DNA of 64,000 nt, from assembly GCA_002269645.1 (NCBI GenBank), contig NIVC01001585.1:201421-265420 (forward strand). Direction: 5' to 3'. The translations under genes and the position numbers were made by a program. The DNA is from Macrostomum lignano (taxonomy: Eukaryota). Each line of letters starts with the position of its first letter. Position 1 is the stretch's first letter. Under the pieces are notes generated by a model that saw only the letters and a program-made list of their open reading frames with translations, did not search any database and was not told the origin of the DNA. This document shows, one piece after another, positions 51,901 to 62,844 of this stretch.

Positions 51901-54900
51901 CTAGACAATGTACACTGATTCTATGTACACTGATTGGCTAAGTTACCACTCTCCCTGCTAGACAATGTACACTGATTCTATGTACACTGATTGGCTAAGT
52001 TAACACTCTCCCTGCTAGACAATGTACACTGACTGATTCTATGTACACTGATTGGCTAAGTTACCACTCTCCCTGCTAGACAATGTACACTGATTCTATG
52101 TACACTGATTGGCTAAGTTACCACTCTCCCTGCTAGACAATGTACACTGATTCTATGCGTACACTGGTTGATTGAACTACCACTCTCCCTACCATCCAAG
52201 CCCTGCTGAACACTAATAATGTACACTGGTTGAATAGACAGAAGTCTATCCACTGCCATTTCGATAACCTAACATCGATTAATTATTACTTTCATGACTC
52301 TTAAAGCCCTCAAGGCCTTACTAACGTACGCTCGTATGCACACTACACTTTTTCGCCATGAAAAACCTAAACTCGCATCACCAAACCAATATTGCACGCA
52401 ATAATTACTATTTAAAATAACAAGTAGCGTGTGACGTATGCGTGAAATAGTTAGAAAAAAACCAACGGAGAGTTTATACATTATCATCCTCGTTTACTGG
52501 CGGTGGCGGCGCCATTTGCGCCATGGACTGGCGGTGCTTTGCCAGTCCGCCACCGCCAGTCTTGCCGTGATGGTGAGTCTTCTCGTCCGGAGCGTCCTAT
52601 ATTTATCATTAATTTGAAACAAAAAATCACGCATCTTATAAAAAACACTATATAGTCAATTTTGGCTGCGCCAGCTTAAAAATAACAAAAAACTCACACA
52701 TTGCTACTGGCATTGATTAAAGTAGCATCAATCGAGTCCGTAATAATTACGCGCGTTCAAGAATCGTCAAAATTTCTAAGCGATTGGAACGCCGATTTCG
52801 CTGAATTTTAAACTTAATTATTGGCTTTGAAAGCTGCAGCTGAACTCTTTTGCACCTGTGGATGATGGGACTACTTAAGTAAGGATTATAAGCAAAAAAA
52901 CTCGATTACACTTTTGTCTGACAGGGCCGCCAGACTCTCCGTAGATGCGCTGTGAAGCAATCTCGATTGAGCTCGCACCGTCAGTTGCTGTTTTCCTCCC
53001 ATCTTTTAGTGTACCGAAAATAGTTATGATATTACTTTTTCTAGACACTCTGTGCTACTATGAGTAGGGCATTTTGCATTTCAAGGAAATGGTCTAAACA
53101 TTTTGAATTGATAACTTAATTAAGCGATTATGAAAAGAAACAAATTGAGAATGCACTTTGTCCTAGACGCAAATAGTTCCTGACGAAATAAATGAAGCAA
53201 ACATAAAAAGCAAAGCTGAAGGAAAACTGATTTCTTGTCGAATTCATTTCCTGTATACTACTCAACAGTAGGACAAATACAAACAATGCGACCAAGGGCA
53301 GTATAAACAGAGAGCAGTTGCAAACAAAAACAATTAAACTACTACAGGCGAACTTAATTATGCATTCGCCATCAATTTAGTTACCTTAGAGGGCTGCAAA
53401 GGGAACGGGTGAACAGTATGCTGTATTCAAACTGCCTAGTAGATGGCTTAAAAAACAGTGCTAAACCAGTTTTACAAGCTGTTTATTGGTTTACCTTCTT
53501 TCCGCGCCCACCGGTGCCCTGGTTTAAGCGGAAAATCTCAACGGGCCAAACTCTGGTGCGCGCAATTCGATCCTGGATTCTGTTTGAGATTTGGTTTGAT
53601 GAGGAATCAATTCAAGCAAAAAGCATGGATTTTGATTAAATTAGCTAAAACACAAAAGCAATAAAACTCCATGACTCGCTAAGCTAGCCAGAGAACGCCC
53701 AGCCCAGGGCAATAAAACCACAAGACTCGCTAAGCTAGCCAGAGAACGCCCAGCCCAGGGCAATAAAACCACATGACTTGCTAAGCTAGCCAGAGAACGC
53801 CCAGCCTAGGGCAATAAAACTCCATGACTCGCTAAACTAGCCAGAGCATCCCCCAGCCCAGGGCAATAAAACTACATGACTCGCTAAGCTAGCCAGAGAA
53901 CGCCCAGCCCAAGGGCAATAAAACCACATGACTCGCTAAGCTAGCCAGAGAACGCCCAGCCCAAGGGCAATAAAACCAAATGACTCGCTAAGCTAGCCAG
54001 AGAAATTTTTAGCCCTCGGGGAAATAAAACTTCACGTGACTCAGCCAGAAGACCCAGGGCAAATAACCTGTAGATTATTCTAGAAAAATTAAAACTCACG
54101 GTTGCTAAACCGTTAAAGCAAAATTACTCACACTTTAAGACCATCCTGACCAACGAAACAGTTCTTAGTCGTATTCCAAGTGACTCTCGGTTTCTCGCTC
54201 TCAGCTGCGTGTCGGAATTCGCGTTCCTCAGGCGAGCGCAGGTCGCCGTCTTCGTCTTCGACGGCATCGGCGCCGATCTCCTGGTCGGGCATGTACACCG
54301 CCTGGCCCTGCGCCGAGCCCGGCAAGTACCAGCGACGTCGACGACTTGGCGGCTCCTTATCCGGCGTTGCTTTGGCGTTGCCGTTGATGAACACAAGCGG
54401 CAGGTCCCGATCTGGCGCGTATGGCATCGCCGTAGCCGCAACGTAGCCGCCCTGCGGCCCGCTAGGACTGAACGAGTCCGGCGGCGAGTACAAAGACTCC
54501 ACTGTGACGCCGACCAAGTTGGTCTCCTGTTGGAGGGCTTCGCCAATGAGCGGCTGGTCGATGGTTAGGAGAACGTCCAGCTCAGGTTTTGGTGAATCAG
54601 CTGGCAGCGACTCGAGCGGTGAGCCGGGTATGGCGTTGATCTGCATGAGATAAAAGATTGGTTGGCGGCTTTGTGCAATCGTACTTCTTGGGCCTCAAAG
54701 GATAGAAGTTGAGTTGGCGGCCGCATAAACTTCATAAACTGGAGAAGGGGGTTGCGGCCCCATAAACTGGAGGAGGGGTTGCGTCCCCATAAACTGGAGG
54801 AGGGGGTTGTGGCTTCATAAACTGGAGGAGAAGGTTGTGGCTTCATAAACTGGAGGAGGGGGGTTGCGTCCCCATAAACTGGAGGAGGGGGTTGCGGCCT

Positions 54901-55809
54901 CATAAACTGGAGGAGGGGTTGCGTCCCCATAAACTGGAGGAGGGGGTTGTGGCTTCATAAACTGGAGGAGAAGGTTGTGGCTTCATAAACTGGAGGAGGG
55001 GGGTTGCGTCCCCATAAACTGGAGGAGGGGGTTGCGGCCTCATAAACTGGAGGAGGGGGTAGCGGCCTCATAAACTGGAGAAAGTGGTTGCGGCCCCATG
55101 AACGTGGTTGAGGGGTGCGACCCCAAAAAGATTACAGAATGAATAATTCCAACTGTAGATAAGCTAAATGGCAACCGTCCAACTCTTAGTAAAGTGATAA
55201 GGACATGTATTGTAAGCCAAATTGAATGTAAAATATTTTACCTGCAGTGTGCAGCTGTGTCTGGTCGCACCCCGCACCATGGGCAGCAGATCGAAGGAAA
55301 CCTGTCCGAGCGGTACAGTCTTCTCGTCCTTCTGCTTTTTCTCCTTTGGCAGAACCTCGGTGACGGTGCAAAGCACCGGCTTGTAGCAAATCTCGTCAAG
55401 AAATTGGACGTCGTCAACAGAACAGGGCAGTTTCACCTGGAAATTGTACTCAGCCTCGGCGTCCGGGCTGCACTCCATCTTGGGCGACTCGCCCAGCACC
55501 TTCTCGGCGAATTCCACCTTCAGGGTTGAGCTCACAAGGTCGCCTTTGGTGCCGCGCTGTTGTGTTGGGATTTTAGTTGGGATTTCGGTTGGATTTCGGT
55601 TGGGATTTCGGTTGGGATTTCCATTGGGTATTGAGTATTTTTTATGTTTCCTCCATTTTCAAAAATAAACTGAAAATTTATGGATTAAAACAGTTTTTTT
55701 TCTGGTAGAATCCTGATTGTTAATTAAAAACTCTTACCAGATTTCGAATGCGCAGAAAGTTGATCACCAACGAGTCACTCATTCTTCCAGTTCCGCCTCC
55801 TTCAGTCAT
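42910..55809 (-). CDS. CFAP70: Cilia- and flagella-associated protein 70 (TTC18; TPR protein)
   Basis: Core exons on the minus strand: 55809-55738, 55556-55242, 54640-54132, 53579-53495, 51131-51059, 50978-50917, 49973-49788, 47111-46963, 46532-46217, 45775-45446, 45146-44858, 44611-44399, 43739-42910. All are GT-AG with consistent phases. Recognised motifs: TVTEVLPKEKKQKDEKT, FHGVAYVN..LLYPG, NPEGQQY, SGKYFAFKEQLK, C-terminal TPRs and VGFGDPSL-stop. Confidence 0.92.
45164..45412. repeat. 16-bp minisatellite in CFAP70 intron
   Basis: Unit AGTATCTGATGGAGTG. Confidence 0.93.
45818..46116. repeat. Degenerate ~25-bp repeat in CFAP70 intron
   Basis: ATGACCGTCATTCTATGACACT-like units. Confidence 0.8.
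46628..46922. repeat. C-rich ~39-bp repeat in CFAP70 intron
   Basis: CCCCGCGCAGCACCCCACTTCCTACCCCTCACACCCTCA-like units. Confidence 0.85.
47394..47640. repeat. Degenerate ~24-bp repeat in CFAP70 intron
   Basis: CTGACCTTGAGCCACCCC units. Confidence 0.8.
48696..48749 (-). CDS. Candidate additional 54-nt CFAP70 exon
   Basis: GC-rich island in an AT-rich intron: tcAG|GAG...ATG|GTaaaa, phase 0/0, encodes EIRAASRRGSVFRVPPTM. Confidence 0.55.
48978..49780. repeat. 9/14/23-bp compound repeat (GAATCTCAT/GAATCTCATGATAT) in CFAP70 intron
   Basis: Dense TCATGA palindromes. Confidence 0.93.
50195..50808. repeat. 23-bp minisatellite in CFAP70 intron
   Basis: Unit ACGGGGTGATATAGAGGGTGAAG, degenerate at the left edge. 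Confidence 0.92.
51733..52175. repeat. 57/61-bp minisatellite in CFAP70 intron
   Basis: Unit TACACTGATTCTATGTACACTGATTGGCTAAGTTACCACTCTCCCTGCTAGACAATG. Confidence 0.93.
52498..52596 (-). CDS. Candidate additional 99-nt (or 117-nt, ending 52480) CFAP70 exon
   Basis: GC-rich island: tatAG|GAC... with in-frame donors GTaaac (52497) or GTataa (52479); phase 0/0; encodes DAPDEKTHHHGKTGGGGLAKHRQSMAQMAPPPP[VNEDDN]. Confidence 0.55.
53658..54062. repeat. 51/52-bp minisatellite in CFAP70 intron
   Basis: Unit GCAATAAAACCACATGACTCGCTAAGCTAGCCAGAGAACGCCCAGCCCAGG. Confidence 0.93.
54727..55097. repeat. 28-30-bp G-rich minisatellite in CFAP70 intron
   Basis: Unit CATAAACTGGAGGAGGGGGTTGCGGCCT. Confidence 0.92.
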
Positions 55810-57396
55810 TGTTCAAATTTCAGTTCAATATAGTTGTTTGTTTTGAATAGCTTGTTTGATTAAGTAAACGACATGAATAAGAAAGGTGGCTATAAATCGG
55901 AACAACATTTCTAGATCGTAATTTAAGAAATAAAAGTTTATATGACTTTATTTGTTAATATCACTAGAAAAGTTGCTTGTTAATCAATTACTTAGGCTTG
56001 TCTCCTTGTAGGCAGTTAGACTATAAATAATTCGATAATTCTACTACTTACACTTGTAATAAGGATGTAAACACTAATAGCAATATTATGATTTGTTAAA
56101 ATTTTGAAAACTGCTAAATTGTCAAATGCGAGAGACTAAATCATTATCAATAATATGATTCATATATAAAAGACTTTCTAAAATCACATAAACTAATCCA
56201 AGGTTATCATCTAGGATAAATTTTTTAATGCAAAAGTAAATAATGATTTTAAACTAAAAAAGAAATTAATTATGTTTAAATTTAAAAAGAAATCATAAAA
56301 TGCCATTGCTTTCCAAAATAAAATTTATTCCGTTTAATTCATGCCTTGTTTTAATTGTTGCACTTGTGCTTATGTTATAAATAGTGCTAATTTGGAGGGC
56401 ATTTCACATAAAAAGGTCTATATAGTATAATGCAATCCTCGGGATAAAAAAGCTGGACTTTTTGTGGATAAGACTATATATAATTACATATCAAAGTATT
56501 TTTTGTATAGGGTAAAAAAACAATAAAAGGGTGAATAAGTTGTGCCAATAAATAACATAAGATTATGTTTACTACTACGATTAGATTAGTATTGTAGCAA
56601 AATTAAATTAAAATTTTGTTTTTACAGCAAATTGTATGGTGAATGTGACTACTTCGCCACCACTTGCTTCCTCCTTTTAATACCATCGTCGAAGTCGAAG
56701 GAACTAAAAATTTTAATTTCGAAGTAAATTTTTTTCGAAAACTTTGAGCGTGAAACTAACTAAAAGACTCGTAAATTAACAACAGCGCAAAAAATTCTAT
56801 AGCTGACAGTATTAAGTAGTAAGCTGAAAAGTGAAAAGTAAAATGAATAACAGAATAAGTCATGGAGAGAGAAATAACCATGAATCTTCACTTAACTTAA
56901 GTAAAAGTATCAATATTGTATGCTCATGTATTAGTTTTATGTGCTGCAAGGGTTTTCAATCATTTATTTCAATAGGTACTGAATCCTGAAAACGGCTCAT
57001 GCCTTCCTTCCCTGTCAAATGAACTACGTTTTATGGAGTGCGTGCTTCACAAATATGAATCAAATCTTGTCCGTTTAAAAAAGAGTATTTTATTATAGAA
57101 ACATAAATCTTAGTAATAATATTTGTACTCTACAATTAACTTTGTTATAGAAAACCTTTGAAACTGTTTTTTAGCAGTTTAATCGATTGTTTGTCTTTTG
57201 TTTTTTTCCTCAAGTTTAAACTTGTTATATTTGCTAATGTATAGCCATCATTTTTAACTTAGTTAATAACAATGTTTTTCTTAAGGACCCTGTGCTGTGG
57301 GGTGGCGAATGTATATTAGCAGTGGGTTGCGAGTTACTTAAATAAAAGTGAGTTACTTTTATTTTTTACAAAGTTTAACGCCTTAGAACAACGGTC

Positions 57397-58737
57397 ATGA
57401 AACTACTTGCCTTCTGCTCTTCTGTGCTGATTTTTCGCTGCGCACTTGCACTAGAAGAAATCACAATTTCTGAAGGCATGGTGAAAGCTGCACAACAAGA
57501 GGAAGACCAAAAGACCCACAAAGCAACTAAGTCGAAGTGTACATTTTTTGGTATGTCATTTTGTTTGTATTTATTAATGAGTTTTTTTTAAATAGATGTC
57601 TTGGATAGGTGGTGTAGCCAAGGGGGAACTAAAGATTATGTCCCTCCTAGAAGGGACTTTTTTCTGACTTAAGCTAATTGTATTTTGCTCACATCACAGA
57701 GATGGATTTATGTCTCTGCCCCCCTCCCCCCTGACGTGAATCCTGGCTATGCACCTGGTCTTGGATATTGTTTGACTTAGTCAAGTAATGACATTTAAAT
57801 GGGTCATTGTATAATTTGTTGCATTTTGTTTGAAGACACTCAATTTTTTAAATGATAGATGGGTGCAGATTGACTAACATTGTACATTTAAAGACGCATA
57901 ACTACAGTTTTTTATAGATAATCCAAATATACTAAATTAGATACTAATTTTAAGCTGTAGTTATTACCTACTACAACTTATAACTTGATACACTGAAAGT
58001 AGTCATAAATCTTTATAAGTTTAATATATGGTTTTAACTTATTCTCCTTTCCTAGCTGGCACCAGGTACTCAGTACCGGAGAGCAGCCTGGTGAACTGCT
58101 ACTGGTACAACCGCAATGCCTGCTGCAAACGCATTGAAGTCACATCTGTCTTCAGCTCACTGCTGTCAAAGTTGGAGGGCCAGAGTAGACGGTGTTACGA
58201 TATGCTGCGCTACCTGCTGTGCTACTTTTGTAGTCCAGAGCAGCACTTTTGGTTCAGGGATAAGTAAGTAAATGCTCCATTATTATTCTTTTTCCTAACA
58301 GGCTTTTGCTTCTGTAACAATGATGTTCAAACTTCTATCATCGTGAAAAGTTTATTGAATTCCCAGCAAAGTATTCGTCTGCAAGTCATTCTGCGATGAC
58401 ATCTACAGTCACTGTCGATCGGCTGTCATGAACGGGTTGGAATTTGGTGAGTGCGAGTGAGGGGTCTTCGCACCATTTAGCTAAAACCTCTTATACATGT
58501 ACACACGATAACTCATTATTTATACTTATTAATACATGTACTTATATTACTGCAGGGAAAGCCTTCAAGAATGGGGAAGATTTCTGCCGAGGCAACAATT
58601 TCGCCGTTCAAGAAGACAACGTGGCCTGTTTCGCATTTGATCCAACGCAATTCGATGGCGCGGCTTCTCTAAGACCCTGGCTACCGCTGCTGCTACTGGC
58701 TGCTGTCTGCATCATCGTTGTGCAATTAACTATGTAA
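57397..58737 (+). CDS. Folate-receptor-family (Cys-rich) secreted/GPI-anchored protein, 207 aa
   Basis: join(57397-57550,58056-58263,58367-58446,58556-58737); phases 1,2,1 are consistent. Signal peptide MKLLAFCSSVLIFRCALA; Cys pattern C-FF...C.WY...ACC...C..ML..L.CYFCSPEQ...VCKSFCDDIY.HC...FC...CF; hydrophobic C-terminal tail consistent with a GPI signal. Confidence 0.85.
57606..57757. mobile_element. 152-bp hAT-type MITE in intron 1 of the folate-receptor-like gene
   Basis: Identical 8-bp flanking duplication GTCTTGGA (57598-57605 and 57758-57765); imperfect TIRs TAGGTGGTGTAGCCAAG / CCTGGCTATGCACCTG. Confidence 0.65.
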
Positions 58738-59846
58738 TTTGTTGTGTAATTACATGCACAGTAATTTACAATTGCATAATGTCCAGTTGTAGAATTGTGC
58801 TGATTTCTTTCATTGACAAGCTTTGATAGAAAGTACATATGTACTAGAAATTATTATTTCAAGAATCAATTACAGATATTATCGGGATTTCCTGCTTCTA
58901 TTTTTAGCAACATTCGATATTTAGTACACAAGGATTTTCATTTTTAATTCCTTATCTAGTCTGAACCGATCGTGATCGATATATAATTGTTAATTAACTT
59001 TCACTGTTCATTTGTACACTTTCCAAGCAATCTCTTTACCGTGATATTTTTCTTCAATTTAATTTTTGCAATCTATAAATTAATTATGTGTTGTTTTTAC
59101 CTCTTCTACATGTACTTGTATTTGGCATACGAGTAGGAGTCTATATCAAATAACCAGGAACCTTGGACCTTAGTGCAAATTTTTTAATTTTATAACTCCA
59201 CTTCTTCTTAAGTTTACATCATAGACAGAAATTGCAATCGTGTATGAAACTGCTGCCTGTTTATTGATTCGTGTTTTTAGTAGTAGTTTTTTCCCAGTAA
59301 AATTAGCGACACAATTTTTCCTAGTTAAGATATTGATCTGTTAGCATTTTTAAAAGTTTTTTACAAACGCAAACAACACATTTTCACGTAGCTTACTGCG
59401 CTCCACAGCTTTAAAACTTTGTCATGCAAAATTTCAATTCCGAATTATTTGCTTTTTCACCAGTGTAGTTACCAGCTGTTAAAGCTTTGAATAATATCGA
59501 TGCATAAAACTGCACTATAGAATACACTGAACTCCGAACTTAACCATCAGCGAAAGTTACAATCATTGAATCATACGTACTGGAAGATGAAGTCATATTG
59601 GGAATTTTTTCAGCTGCAAGTTGCAACTAATAAAGACGCAGACCACAAACTGAGGTTAGGAGCAAAGATTTTTGAATTTCACTATGACATCTTAGCAATT
59701 TCGGACACCGGCTAATCCTGGCTAAGACGGTGCTGAGAGCATGTAATAAATGCTTGCTGTATTAATTATTAAACACAGTGGATGTTGACAGATATTAGAC
59801 AGTACAGCCTACACTTGTCTGTCGGGTTGGGTTTGATGGGTTGGGT

Positions 59847-59862
59847 GGCCCTTCAAAGGGCC
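59847..59862 (-). promoter_or_regulatory. Orphan histone 3' stem-loop
   Basis: Minus strand AAAAC GGCCCT TTGA AGGGCC ACC; no histone CDS upstream. Confidence 0.75.
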
Positions 59863-59917
59863 GTTTTAAAAGCAAAGTTTAAACTAGTTCATTTTATGAA
59901 ATTTACACTGAGACCAT

Positions 59918-60799
59918 GGGCCCGTGCTATAGAATACTCTTAACTCCTAAATCCTTATGAGTGTCCTAACTCCTAGCTCCCAGCTGGCTTTTCTGTGCTA
60001 TAGAATCAAGAGTAAATTTTAAGAGCTAGGAGGCTCCTTAAGGACGTTAGGAGACTCCTGGGTGAATTTAAGAGAACTCATTAAGTTCCGTGGCATGCTA
60101 TAGAATTAGGAGAGGAAGTCTAGGAATTGGCTTTTAGGAGTGATTCTAGGAGCGTGTGTGTGTCCTATAGAGTGAGAAAATTTCGCTCCAAACTCTTGAC
60201 TCCTAAGCAAGAGTTCAAGGGCCAATTTTCACTCTTAGACAAGCTGGGATTATAATGTTTCGGACAGCGAATCGGATTCTGATGAGGAAGGAGTCAATGA
60301 TAGACGCCGTCGACAATTTAAGGCAAGAATAAATGTTTTTGAAGAAGATCCAGCCGAGAGTGTTATGCGTTTTTGACTCAACGAGATCCAGCTTTCAAGC
60401 CTAACAGATAGAATTCGACACAGAATCGAACATCCAACACGGTGCACATAGCAATTCTTCGCATTTAGTTCTGGTTCTACTAAACGCACCAAAGAGAACC
60501 TCTTTGCGTGCAGCGACAGCTCTCACAAATGATATTTTTTGAGCAATTTTCATCTTCACTCCTGAGATTCAATCCTTAAGGAGCGTAAAGTTAGGATTGT
60601 GATATAGCACACAATTCTCTATCATCCTTAAACGATTGCGCAACACTCCTTGAACACACACCCCACTCCTAGGCTGCACTCCTTGCAAGAACTCCTAGCT
60701 CCTAAGTCTTAACTCCTGAAATCTATAGCACACAAAATTCAATCACTCCTTGTCAAGAGTAGTCTTGAGTCCTAGCTCCTGATTCTATAGCACGGGCCC
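59918..60799 (+). mobile_element. Non-autonomous PIF/Harbinger element (882 bp)
   Basis: Perfect 18-bp TIRs GGGCCCGTGCTATAGAAT / ATTCTATAGCACGGGCCC; 3-bp TSD CAT on both sides; subterminal TGCTATAG motifs. Internal relic at 60260-60480 (SDSESDSDEEG..RRRRQFKARINVF..MRF*L..RIEHPTR..FFAFSSG) resembles a HARBI1-type transposase N-terminus. Confidence 0.85.
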
Positions 60800-61767
60800 C
60801 ATAAGACGTTCGCCCGGGGCAAGTGGGGGATACAATTAGCTAGCGACAATTTTTCCAAGTTAAGATATTGATCTGTAAGCATTTTTAAGTTTTTTACAAA
60901 CGCAAACAACACATTTTCACGTAGCTTACTACGTTCCACAGCTTTAAAACTTTGTCATGCAAAATTTCAATTCTGAATTATTTGCTTTTTCACCAGTGTA
61001 GTTACCAGCTGTTAAAGCTTTGAATAATATGGATGCATAAAACTGCACTATAGAATACACTGAACTCCGAACTTAACCATCACCGAAAGTTACAATCATA
61101 CTGGAAGATGAAGTCAAAATTGGGAATTTTTTTCGAAACTTGTTACGCGTTTAAATTGACAAATTTCTTAACTTACTTCTATTATCTCAAATGCAAGACT
61201 GAGACGAAGTCGAAGAGCTGCAAGTTGCAACCAATTTAAGACGCAGACCACAAACTGAGGTTAGGAGCAAAGATCTTTAAAATTCACTTAGACATCTTAG
61301 CAATTTCGGACACCGCTAATCCTGGTTAAGACGGTGCTGAAAGCATGTAACAAATGCTTGCTGTATTAATTAGATATCAACAGATATCAGACAGTACAGC
61401 CTACATGGTTGGTAGCCCTTTAAGTTTAAAGGGCCGTTTTAAAAGCAAATCTGAAAGCTAGTTTAAACTAGTTAATTTTATTTGTGCATTTTTTAATTGC
61501 TTACTGGATGCATAGGTATTTATTAGGTATGTAACCTTACTAACCGTTTGCTATTGCAATGTTGCATTGCTAGACCACAATTAGGGCTAAAAATTTAACG
61601 GAAGATTTAGTGCGAAAGTTATGAAGTGAAGTCAGTACTCATATTATATTAGGCCTATACATTAAATGTTGGTGTATAATTACATATGCTATCCATAACG
61701 AGATTTCAACTATTGTTTTGATTGACGTCTGGATTTACAAGACGATTGCGCATCTTTTGGATTTGGT

Positions 61768-61783
61768 GGCCCTGAAAAGGGCC
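61768..61783 (-). promoter_or_regulatory. Histone H2B 3' stem-loop
   Basis: Minus strand AAAAC GGCCCT TTTC AGGGCC ACCA, 65 nt downstream of the H2B stop, followed by a purine-rich AAAAGA. Confidence 0.93.
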
Positions 61784-61848
61784 GTTTTAGCGTTCTAGTC
61801 TAAAGTTACAGCTGCGCGGCCGAGTGTAGAGTGACGTTGACAGTCACT

Positions 61849-62214
<366 letters not shown>

Positions 62215-62297
62215 CGTTAAATTTGAAATATTAGGAGAGAAAGCTATCAAGGTGTTGAAACAATGTTATGTTGGGCTGTTTCTTTCGGAGCAATTGA

Positions 62298-62383
62298 TTA
62301 TATAGGTAGGGCAAGTTCTGAGGGGTCTCTTGAAAAGCAGAATTTGTGCTAGATCGATATTTTTGAAAATTCGAGCAGCCAAT
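62298..62383 (-). promoter_or_regulatory. H2B promoter: TATA box and CCAAT box
   Basis: TATATAA on the minus strand at 62298-62304; CCAAT on the plus strand at 62379-62383, typical of histone promoters. Confidence 0.6.
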
Positions 62384-62828
62384 CAGCAACGCGGTCCTTT
62401 CGTACTGCATGTTAGACTTGGCCATTTATTAAATTTTCTTTACACTCTACTACTAGTAGGATGCTAAAACTTTTCTGCGTTTATGTTTAAACGAATATTT
62501 TAAAACATTTCGAGTCATCTTGATAAATTAAGCGTCGACTGTGGAGTCGCATAACACAGTTAAGAGTTAATACAGTTACAGAATCGTAGCCAGGATCTGG
62601 TAGTGGAAAATGGATGGTCCAAAGGGCTTGTATTTATGTTTCTTAAAATCGTTTAATTGACAAATCAGCGCCTTTCATCAAAGCCCAAAAACAGAAAAAA
62701 ACAGCACAGAAAGCTTTTTAAGCAATTTTGATGTCATGGTTAAAGGCAATCGCCGTTTTTTCTTTAATAAACTGTCGCTTTTTCTTAAAATCTACTAATT
62801 CTTTTGACTCAGACTATTATACTAAAAC

Positions 62829-62844
62829 GGCCCTTTTAAGGGCT
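62829..62844 (+). promoter_or_regulatory. Orphan histone 3' stem-loop
   Basis: AAAAC GGCCCT TTTA AGGGCT CC; no intact histone ORF upstream. Confidence 0.7.

Larger units (their letters stand above)
59301..61481. repeat. Direct duplication of a ~600-bp unit (59301-59897 and 60834-61481), each ending in a histone stem-loop motif
   Basis: Long shared tracts such as GTTAAGATATTGATCTG..TTTTACAAACGCAAACAACACATTTTCACGTAGCTTACT..AAAGGGCCGTTTTAAAAGCAAA..AAACTAGTT. Confidence 0.92.

Noticed and set aside
60803-60830. Possible H3 3'-end relic (GER) upstream of the 59847 stem-loop
   Set aside because: The match is only about 10 nt, and GCCCGGGGCAAG is equally like a MITE fragment.
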